From Zootoca vivipara (Eukaryota), in NCBI RefSeq assembly GCF_963506605.1, contig NC_083289.1, positions 27,838,001-27,902,000 on the forward strand: a DNA stretch of 64,000 nt. The letters run 5' to 3'. Numbering within the stretch: the first letter of the stretch is position 1; each line of letters begins with the position of its first letter. A program made the position numbers and the translations under genes. This document shows positions 10,516 to 21,000 of the stretch, in pieces. Below the pieces are notes generated by a model that saw only the letters and a list, made by a program, of their open reading frames with translations, searched no databases and was not told the DNA's origin.

Positions 10516-11376
10516 ATGTCCGGCTCTCCAGCCCATCTCTCCGGCCAGGACCTCCTTGTCCCCAGCTGGGCCATGACGTGGAGCCAGGCCGGCTCCTGCT
10601 CTGCCCCCTCCGTGGGCATTTGCAGCCCCTCCACAGCTTGCAGCCAGAGCCTGGTCCCAGAGCAGGCCCGCCGCTGGCTCCCAAAGGCCAGGGCACCCCA
10701 GAGGGTATCATGCCTCGCTGCCAGCAGCCAGCGCCAGAGTGCAAGCCAGAGAGAGAAGCACCGCATGCGGCGCCTGGCCCAGGCCCTGCACACTCTGCGC
10801 CTCTACCTGCCCACCTCGGTGGCGCCCGCTGGGCAGAGCCTGACCAAGATTGAGACGCTCCGCCTTGCCATCCGCTACATCACCCACCTCTCTGAACAGC
10901 TGGGCCTCAGCGAGGAGGCGCTGGCACAGAGGAGGGCAGTGCTGGCACGGCCTCACTGCCCCCTGTGCTTCTCAGGGCTTGGCTGCTGCCAGGCAAGGAA
11001 GTCAGACCAGGACACCATAGAGTGCCTGGCCCAGGACCAATCAGCCCCTGAGACTTGGGTGGCCTCCCCACCCTGCCTGATCGGAATGGGTCAGGGGGTC
11101 CAGGTCCCTGACTCCAGAACCTGGCCCCTGCCTCCTTGTGGCCTCCAGGATGAGACTCCTGCTGCCGTTGCAGAAACCTGGGTGCCTCCAGCACCCTCTC
11201 TTCAGATCCAGGCCTCTCCTGAGCTGCAGAGGACTCTTTGCCCTCCCTCACCTTGCATGAGGTTGCCCATGGACAAACCAGGCAGAGTCTGGCCTGGGGA
11301 GCAAACAGCAGCAGATGCCCCTGTTGTCACCTGGGAGGAGCCAGCCTGGGACCTTGAAGAGCCACCTGTCTGCAAG
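10516..11376 (+). CDS. MESP2: MESP2 exon 1 (bHLH transcription factor)
   Basis: ATG at 10516 downstream of CATAAA (10463). Mesp bHLH at 10729-10923, followed by CPLC..GLGCC. Phase-0 donor AAG|gtaggt at 11377. Divergent from MESP1 and next to the ANPEP 3' end, as in mammals. Confidence 0.88.
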
Positions 11377-12000
11377 GTAGGTGCTGCATGGGGGGGGATG
11401 CCTCTGCTCCTGACAAAGTGCCCCCTCTCAACCCCTGCCAGCTGCCCTTTTGCCTCGGTGTGGGGCTCCCTCTTTACCCTGCTCAGGACCACGTTCCAGG
11501 ATGCTGGACTTCCTGCAAGTCCCAAACTGCCTTGGCACAAAATGCTTTTGAAAAGCATCTCCCCAAGACTGGCGGCACATGGACATCCCCCATCCCCCAT
11601 CCTGTGCATCAGGCACAGGATCCTGCAAGGCAGCCTCCCACCTGCCTTGCCTTATGGGACTGGGGAGGGGGGTATAGGAGCTGCCCAGGGTGCCTACAGG
11701 CAGGCTGGCTTTGGGAGAAATCGGATCCCCCCAGATTGTGAGGCTGTGCAGTGGTACTCAGTAGGGAGAGAAACACACTTACTGTCAATGGACAATAACG
11801 CCTCTTTTCTCCCCGTTTGTGTCTCCACCATTGTGTCTCTTTGGCTTTGTTGATTCTTGCACACAAACACCGATTTGGGCATTTAGCTCTGATGTTGTTT
11901 GTCGGCTGCCCTGAGTTGCATTACGAAGAAGACTGCTGGAATGTACTGCATTTTTAACCAATTAATATGTCCAAAGACACTCTCTCTTGGTGCCTTCCAG

Positions 12001-12222
12001 ATGTTTTCGACTGCAAGTCCCACCAGCCCCAGCCAACACGGCTGTAGAATGAATGACCCTGGGGCTGATGAGAGATGTAGACAAAAATATTTGGAGGGCT
12101 GCAGGGTGGAGAAGGCTAGCCCGGAGACACACCCCCCCCCTTCCGCTGGTTTCCTTGCTGCATCGAAGAGAGCAGGCTGCCCCCTTGTGGGGGGGGGAAA
12201 AGTCATTTGCATCTGCTGGTGA
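12001..12222 (+). CDS. MESP2: Probable MESP2 exon 2
   Basis: Acceptor ccttccag| at 12000, in phase 0. MFSTASPTSPS...RQKYLEGCRV weakly resembles the recalled human MESP2 exon 2 (LSEASPPQSS...QEDLEGARL). AATAAA at about 12448. Confidence 0.55.
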   Translation: MFSTASPTSPSQHGCRMNDPGADERCRQKYLEGCRVEKASPETHPPPSAGFLAASKRAGCPLVGGGKVICICW

Positions 12223-13017
12223 GCAGACGCTGTTGCGCCGGGCGGTGATCGCCACGTGGCTTTTGACCCCCCCCCTTGCGGGGTTCCCCAGCCCTGACTG
12301 TGGGTGGCATCTGACACAAGTGCCCCACGGATGGGAGAGAGAGGGAGGCTGCTAAATCTCTCTGAAGCAGGCAGAGGGTTGCTACGGCTTTACTTGTTTT
12401 CATTTCGTAACTGGATACCGTATTGCTGGAAAACCACCCTTGGGGACAATAAAAATGTTAATTAATTAAAGATACAGCCAAGGGGAGGGGGGATTTGGTT
12501 TCCCTGCCTCCCAGGTGAACTATATTTGAGCCAGGACTGACTGGGATTTGAATAAGAAGTTCCAGCTCTAGAATATATGGAAAACATGCTTTTCCCTGAG
12601 CCCTTGATGGTTTCTAAATCCAGTACCATGTGAAATGATGAAACCCTATTTATGATTTGCATGCACCCTTTTTTATAAAGGGTCTTTAGCCATGCCTTCC
12701 TTAAGATGAACAGTCCTGATCTTTTTCTACTCTCCTTGAATGAAAGAGCCCTTAATAATCTTTCTTACCCTTCTCTGATATATATTTCTAGTTCTATGTT
12801 ATTGTGTGTAATGGAACAGTCCATATTATATAAGGTATTGACAACTTGGTGTGTTTTTTATTTACTTACTTACTTACTTTCCTGGCGAGTGGATCTTTAA
12901 AAAGCACAAAATATTACTATACACTGCAAAATCCTCAGTACAGGGAATGTAGAGGGAAGATGGATAAACAAACAGCCCTAGTAATTGCAGTGCATTTCTA
13001 CGTGCAGTGTGCATATC

Positions 13018-13225
13018 CCAGTGTGGTATAGTGGTGGAAGCGTCAGACTGGGACCTGGGAGATCAGGGTTCAAATCCCCACTCACCCATGAAGCTCACTG
13101 GGGGACCTTGGGCCAGTCACTCGCTCTCAGCCTAGCCTGAGTGCTGTTGCGGTGAATAACCGAAGGAGAGAACCATGTACGCCACCTTGAGCTTATTGGG
13201 GGGAAAGGTGGTGTATAAATGCAAT
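13018..13225 (+). mobile_element. CORE-SINE copy
   Basis: Same consensus. Confidence 0.85.
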
Positions 13226-13891
13226 TAATATATATTTATAATTGATAAAGATAACATAAATAGGTTCCAGAACTAAGTTCGCCTGACAGAGTGCTGCCTG
13301 TTAGCTGCTTCTCCCTACCCACCTGTGACTCCTTCTTGGTTTCCTCAGGACAGCACATACAGAGCTGCTTGGGACCTCCCCAGCCAGCACCCTTCCTGTG
13401 GTTTCCTGTGGAGCAGCCAGACCTTAAGAGGGTGAGCCTGCTGGGTGAGAAGCAGCCACAGAGGAGAAGCCACAGCAAAGGAGGAGGTCCTGTGGTTGTC
13501 CTGAACACCCTCCACCTGCACTGAAGGCATCCTCGTCCCCATCAGCAGGAGATCCTCTTCTTCAGAGCTCCCAAACGCTGCGGCGCGATCAGGACAGCAG
13601 CATCTTCACTCTCTGGAAGTTTCCAGTCCAAAGACCCACTTTGACTGCAGCAAGCGCAGTTGGGGACTTGGCCCCCAGGGGCCTGCTGGGTTCTTCAAAC
13701 CTTTGCTCAACCACAAACTCATTGAGCCCTCTCTGTCCGACCATTGCCCTACCTCACAGGGTTGACCATTGCCCTACCCTCACAAGGCCACACACTTAAA
13801 AGTAGCAAAAAACAAAAACAAAAAACCTTGTATGCTTAATAAGCAACAGTCTTCTTTCTTGGATCCAAGGTTATTTTTGTTTGTTTTAGAC

Positions 13892-14262
13892 CAGTGGCTT
13901 CCAAAGTAGGCAGAACTTCCCCCTCCCCAGGTTGTGTGCCGAGGGATTACTTAGGGGGCTGCTAAGAGGCAAGGGGGCAGCCAGGGATGCTGGTGGTGTA
14001 AATGACTACCAGACTTTGAAAAGCTGGTATCACCAGATCAATTTCATCCGTTTTGTTGAATTAATTAAACAATGATTTTACCTGGATTTTGAATAAACGT
14101 GCAATTAATTGTTACTGCTTTGAATTTTATTGTGTCATTTTATTGTGTCATTATCTTCCTAAGTGGGTAGTGCAAGCAGCTTTTATAGGGTAGAGCAGGG
14201 GGCACTGGGGATGAGTTTATGGAACCAAGGGAAAGTAGCCTGAAAAAGTTTGGGAACCACTG
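13892..14262. mobile_element. hAT non-autonomous element
   Basis: CAGTGGCTTCCAAA...TTTGGGAACCACTG; truncated sister copy at about 19872-20090. Confidence 0.75.
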
Positions 14263-14464
14263 ATTTACAGTAGGTTCTCCCTCCCTCTCTCCCTCCCTCC
14301 CTCCCTCTCTTTCTGTTTCCCACTCCCCATCCCCAAAGACTTGTTCTCTTTCAATTCACAAAGATTGGACAGGGCCTACGCAGAGCTAATCACAGAGACA
14401 GAGAACGCCCCCCCCCAACTGATAAATGAAAGAACAGCCTGGACATATAATTCAGGATACTATT

Positions 14465-14470
14465 TTTAAT
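14465..14470 (-). terminator. Probable ANPEP polyadenylation signal (ATTAAA)
   Basis: tttaat on the plus strand about 400 nt past the stop codon, in an AT-rich tract. Confidence 0.45.
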
Positions 14471-14873
14471 TTATAAAGTTAGGGTTTAAAAATTTATAAA
14501 GTTAGGGGTATAAAAATATACAGAGCTTTCTGGGCGGAGGAACATCACCATGGTCAAGAGAGGGACCCCTCTCTCTTTCCCTTCCCTCCCCACTCCCAGG
14601 ACCCCTGAGGCAGATGTGGAAACAGGCAGTGCAAGAGAAGAGGCTTCTGGGCAGTGTGAAGAAGCAAGCGTGGCACTTTGCCCCAGGGCAGAAAGGAATC
14701 AGGGGTGGTAGGCGTGGCCAAGCCTCTTCAGTGGCCAGGAACGAGCAGGAGGAGGCTCACAGAAGGATGGGGGAGAAGAGACAGCTTTGGCAGTAAAGGG
14801 GGACTCAAGAGCACCGTGGAAAGACAGGCAGCAAAACTGCTTGCGGACAACCCCAGCCTGATCCTCCAGACCT

Positions 14874-15023
14874 TTACAGCTGGCTCTGGAACCACTTCAG
14901 GACGGGCTCCTTGTTCGCAGCCACCCACTGGATGTTGGCCTTCGTCTTCTCCAGGGCCTGCTCCAGTGCTCGTGTCCCCGAGCCAAAGCCGACATCCGCA
15001 TTGTCTGCCTTGAATTGCTCCAG
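14874..15023 (-). CDS. ANPEP: ANPEP coding exon 20 (terminal)
   Basis: [34 protein letters not shown]...QSQL* (TAA at 14874-14876). Confidence 0.95.
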   Translation of the reverse strand: MEQFKADNADVGFGSGTRALEQALEKTKANIQWVAANKEPVLKWFQSQL

Positions 15024-18000
15024 CTGCCGAGAGGGAGAGAAAGCAGGCAGGGGGTCGTCACTGTCATCATCGGAGAGTGTGAGGAAGTGGTCAGAATGCT
15101 GAACTAGGACCTGGGTGACTTGGGTTCGAATCCCCCCCCCACTGAGCCATGAAGCTCACTGGATGACCTCGGGGGCCAGTCCCAGTTTCTCTCAGCCTAA
15201 CCTACCTTGCAGGGTGGTTGTGCGGAGGAATTATCTATCACGTTTACGGATATTCCACCTTGGAGGGGAGGTGGAATATAAACAAGCAATTGTGGATTTT
15301 TAGCTAAAAAGTGTTATGTGCGTTACACTGGGGTAACCAACACCATCCTTTGCTACGTGAGCAACCCATATGGAACAGAACCCATTTTGTTTCATAAAGA
15401 ATTAGCCCACTTCTTAACACTTAATCTTAAATTGTTGGGACCTGCTAGTGAAAGGCAAGGAATACATTTAATAAGAAAAAGAATGAACACAAGAGTAGCC
15501 ACAGGGGTGAGTGGAGGGCGTCATTAAAAAATCCTGTTTTTTTAAAAAAAATCAGTTGTTTAATTTACGCTATAACCCTTATAGCCCTTGTGGCTGCCCA
15601 GGGCAGGTTGGAAACCCCTACTTCAAACAAGTGGAGGACAGATGTGTTGGAATTGGGGGAGGCTGTTGCCCAGGTCCATGGGGCGGTTTTACAGCACCCC
15701 ACCAAGCCTTGGGTGTTCTGAGGAGTGCCTGGCATCCTTTGGGTGATCTGCAAATGGTCATGGCTTCTGGCTCATCAAGGTGTTTGCCCCCTATCCCACC
15801 CCACCCACCCTCTGCACAGCCCTCCCTCCTGCTCCTCCGATTGTATATGGTCCTTACCTGCTGGAGCTCAAAGTTAGAAGCGAATCTCTGCGTCACCGCC
15901 TGGATCAGGTTGGAGAAGGAGAAGGAACCTCCGCCGTACCTGGTTTGGTGCGTAGGTGGGCAACGGGAGAAAAGGGTGAGCCTGGGCACACACACACACA
16001 CACACACACAACCAATGCTCCTCCCCTGTCACCAGCCCAAATCACCCCACTCACTGGTTAAAGAGCGTCTTCCAGTTGGCCCGGACAAAGTCCCACACAA
16101 GGCCCTGCCCAACCACGTTACGGGAGATGCTGATGATGGTGGATGTGGCATCCTGACGGCGGATCTTCGTGGGGTCCAGCGAGAACTCAAGGTACCTGTG
16201 GAACCAGATGGGGGCAGGTCCTTGAGCTAGCACCACTGGCGGCAACTCCAGGGGACCCTGGGAGGGCTGGGCACCCACAAAACCTCACCCCTGCCCAACC
16301 TCCCCTAGCACCACCACCGCTGCCTTACCTCTGGCATTCAGGTGCCCCAGTGGCAACTGGGCCAGGGCCTGCACCTCTGCCATGGGCCACTGTTGGGGCC
16401 CGCTGCAGCTGCGGGTGGAGACTGTGTGGCAGACAGAGACCGCATGGTGGAGGCTCAGGCCCTGGTTCAGGCGTTGCTGTGGCTCTGAAGCGCATGTGCT
16501 CGCACTGCGCTGCAACGTAATCCCATCGCAGTGAAGGCGGGCCCAAGTTGGCGCCACTGGCTGCCACCTGGCTGAAGCCTGGCCCTCACTCCACCTTATT
16601 CAGTCCTCGAAGACCACATCTCCCCCTTGCCGCTTGCTTCCTGGGAGTGCATCTCCCAGGGGAAAGGGGGCCACAGGCCTGACCCCTGTTCGTCCCTAGG
16701 CTCTGAAGAAGTCTGGCACATCCTCCCCATCCCCACCTCCACCCTACAAGGGCCTTGTCCAGCTGGGGCCACCTCACCTCTGGAGGATCCAGGACTCCTT
16801 GCTGCAGGCCAAAGCAGAACGGAGCTTGTCAGCCTCAGATACCACGGTGGCTTTCAGGAACATCTGCCAGCCAAAGTCCCAGGCCTCCTCCCCACCTGTA
16901 GAAATGGCACTGCAGTAGATGGCAGAGCGCAGGTTGGGTGGGATCCTGAAGGCAAAAATGAAGAAACTATTCATTTTTTGCATGCATATATGTGTGTGTG
17001 TGTGTGTGTGTATTAAATTTCTGTTTTACAATTTAAAATACTCATTTTACAACCTTAAGAGATCAATTTTTTGCATTTACACCCCAGTGAATACTGTATA
17101 TTCCTGCGTATAAGACTACTTTTTAACCCAGGAAAATCTTCTCAAAAGTCAGGGGTCGTCTTATATGCTGTGTTGTATTTCTTCTACGGCGAGTCCTATT
17201 TTATGCTACTATTTTACTGCTGTTATTAACAGATCCTATTTTTAATGGATTAATTTTTTAATATATTGTTTTAATCTTATTGGTGTTTAGTTGATTTTTA
17301 ATGATTTTTAGTTCTTCTATTTTATCTTTGTTTCGCAATTTTTATTTGTAAGCCGCCTTGAGTCCTGGTCCAGGAGAAAAGTGGGATATAAATAAACAAT
17401 AACAATACAGTGGTGTCTCAGGTTAAAGACGCTTCAGGTTACAGAACCTTCAGGTTACAGACTCCACTAACCCAGAAATAGTACCTCCAGGTAAGAACTT
17501 TGCTTCAGCATGAGAACAGAAATTGTGTGGCGGCGGTGGCACGGCCCCATTAGCTAAAGTGGTACCTCAGGTTAAGAACAGTTTCAGGTTAAGAATGGAC
17601 CTCCAGAACGAATTAAGTTCTTAACCCAAGGTACCACTGTACTAATCTGCAAACCACTCTTAGGAATGTATTTGTTTTTGATTAAGTGGCATATAAAACT
17701 TGTTAAATAAATAAACTAAATTAATGATTAGCTGGCAAAGGAGCAGCTGAGGACACACGGATCACTCTTGTGTCCTGAGATCCTGTAGGAGTTGACTTTC
17801 TCTGCAAAACGAAACAGATGCAAACTTGTCCGACTGGCCTAAAAAGGCACTGCTGTTACACTTTGATCTAGAGGATTTGCCTCTTTGATGCAACCGTGTG
17901 CATGCTTACTTGGAAGTCAATCTTTCTGTGCTATGTGTGAGTTACTGGAAATGATGTATCTGATTGCAACCTTTACATTTGGAAAAAGCAAGAGTCACTT

Positions 18001-21000
18001 CCACGCTGTACACTTAAAGCACGTGGCTTCCTGCAAAGAATCAGAGGGACTGTAGTTTCTTAAGGGTAGTGGGAATCATAGCTCTGTCAGGGGTAAACTA
18101 CAATTCCCAGGATTTTCTGGGGGAAGCAGTGGCTGTTAAAGTTCTACAAATGTGCTTTCATTGTTTGGTGTGGATGTGACCCCAGACCAGCCTGAGGGAT
18201 TGGCCTGCTCAAGGGACGGGGTCTCCCCAGAGGTCTGTCCTGGACCATTTAGGCACAGCCACAAACACTTACGGGTTATTGGTGGAATTATTCATCCAAG
18301 TGTTGAATAAGTCACTGGCCAAGTTCTGGCACTCAGAGATGCCAAAGGAGCAGGCTGTGTTGATGGCGGAGATCTCGTTGTACCTGGGCAGGGAAAGGAA
18401 ACTCAGGAGGTTGGATTTGATGAACCTTGAGGTCATAGAATATTGGAGTTGGAAGGAGAGTCCACAACCTCCCGAGGGAGACCATTTCACTGTCAAACAG
18501 CTCTTAGTGTCAGAAAGTTTTTCCTGATGTTTAGTTGGAACCTCCCTTCTTGTAACTTGTAGGCATTGGTTCGAGACCAACCCTCCAGAACAGGAGAAAA
18601 CAAGCTCGCTCTATCTTCCACTTGACAGCCCTTAAGGTATTTGAAGATGGCTATCATATCTCCTACCAGTCACCTCTTTTCCAAGCTAAACCTACCCAGT
18701 TCCTTTCAACCATTCCTCATAAAGCTTGGGTCCTTTCCAACATTTGGAGATTCTCTGAGCTAGAGAGAACAGCAACCCAGGAGGCCTCCTGGCTACAGCT
18801 TGGACCTGGAAATCCCAGGCACAGTGTGTTCCCAGCTTGGAGCACGATTCCTTGGGCACAGAGGAAGCCTCTCAGCCTTTTCCTCTGCCACTGTGAAATG
18901 ATGGGATGGAGGCTTATCTTCTCACCTGCCCAGGCCCAAAGTGAGAGCTGGAGAGAGTAGCAAGAGGCAACAAGAGTTTGGGGATGCCTGGATTAGCCAA
19001 ACCTGCTCAGCCCCTCCTTTGAGGGTTCTCCTGCCACAACCAAGCCAGTTGTCAACCACAGCCTAGCCCCTCCAGTGCCCCCCTGACACCTTCCCCTCGT
19101 TCCAAGGAAACTCACTGGTCCATCAGGCCAGCCGGGACTTGGGTCCAGTTAACAGTGAGGTTCTTATAATAATTGAACAGAGGAGTGACCTGCTTCTGGA
19201 TGTATTTCTGCAGAGGGAGAGGAGAACAACACAGCAGTCATTAGGCAACCTTCTCTCTAAGAAAGAAATGGGCCGATGCCTGCCTTTTAGCCCCCTGCCC
19301 AACTCCATCCCCGATTAGCACTACCGGTAGGCTCGAAATGCCCTTCCCCATTTGTAGGGGGAGGCTGGGGGGAGTTCTCAGAGGGTGCAGGAGTGACAGT
19401 CTCTCCCCCTCCCTCCCAGCCCACCTGGCGCCCCTCATCCCTGGAACCCCCACCCATGCCCACCATGACCAGAGCTCACCTGCATGGGCCCATACACCTG
19501 GCTGCGATCAAACATGAGCTGGAAGTAGCCTAGGTTGCTGAGTGCTGCACTCCAGGGCAGGTAGTCTCTCTCCTTCCCCAGGTAAAGGGTGGTGTTCAGG
19601 GCCAGCTCCGTGCTGGTGTAATTTGCCCTGGAAGATTGAGACCGCTTGGGGTGGAGGGTGTGTGTGGAGCAGGCTGGTGGAGGCCCTCCCCTCCCCTGCA
19701 CAGTTCAGCAGCCCTGCATTTAAGGCCACCAAGACCACAGGAAGTCATTGCCCACCCCCACCCCACCCCCATAATTCTTGGATCAAAACCTAACCCAGAG
19801 CCCTGTTTGCAGTGCCAGCAGTGAGACTTGTGCAGCCTTTTGCAACCTAGAGCCCTCCAGGTGTTTTAGACCAGTGATTCCCAATGAGGGTGGTACACTG
19901 TACTCCGGGGGGAGGATTGCCTAGGGGGTACTAAGAGGCAAGGGGTTAGGGTTAAGTGGGTGCTGGAGGTGTAAGTGACTATCAGAATTTGAAAACCTGG
20001 TATCACTGGTTCAAGTCCATCCATTTTGTTGAATGGATTAAATTAAATAGTTTACACTGAATTTTGAATAAATGTGCAGTTACTTGTTTCCTCGTCACTT
20101 CCCTTCTTGCAAAAAGCCTGTTTCTTTTGGGAGAGCAGCTTTGGTTGTGCAAAACTCCCAGTCAACTATAATGAGGCAATCCAAATTTGCAAAGATGTGA
20201 CTGAATCCCATGCAAAAGCTGCAACAGCCTGAAAGTGCCCATAATCCAAAACATCCGGGGGCATCAGGATGTGGAAGGCTGGCCCAGGAAGATGTGAAGC
20301 TCCTGAGCATGGGCAAAGTGCCCTGCTGTCCCAATGGAACTTTGCAAGGGGAAATTTCTTGGCAGATGAGCTCTGGCATCTCACACTCTTTTGATTTTAC
20401 ACAAGAGCAGCCGTAAGCCTGGGTGTCTTGGAAAAATCAGAGCATGCACACTCCACATAAGTGGGTGGGGGTATGTGCGTCAACCCCAGACTGGCTTGCC
20501 GGTTCCAGAGGCCAGCCCAGGAAGGACCGGGCAGGTTGGACCTGAGAACACCAACAATAGCCACTTCTGCATCCAAACAGCACAAGAGCCCTGCTGTATC
20601 CTCATACGCCACCAGAGGGCACTTGGACAGAGGTTTGGCTTGAATGGGGTTGCGGGTGTAAATGGAGATTAGTTACTCCCAGATACAGGGGAGCTGTAGG
20701 TAACCCAAAGTCTCACCTGGCCAGGTTGAAGGAGTCATCAATCAGCTGAGCACGGTTAAGAATTGGGATTTTCTGGAAAACAGCAGAAGCTGCTGGTCAG
20801 GATAGGAGGAACAAGAGGGAGGGACATGGGTGGTAGGAAAGGGAGCTGAAATGTTAGAGCAGTGGTTTTCAACCAGTGTGCCATGGCACCCTGGGGGGCC
20901 TTGAAAGATGGTCAGGGGTGTCGCAGGCAACTCTGGCCTCTGTCTCTCTTTCCTTTCCTCCCTCCTCTGATGCCCTCTTACGTCTCTGCCTCCCAAAGGC

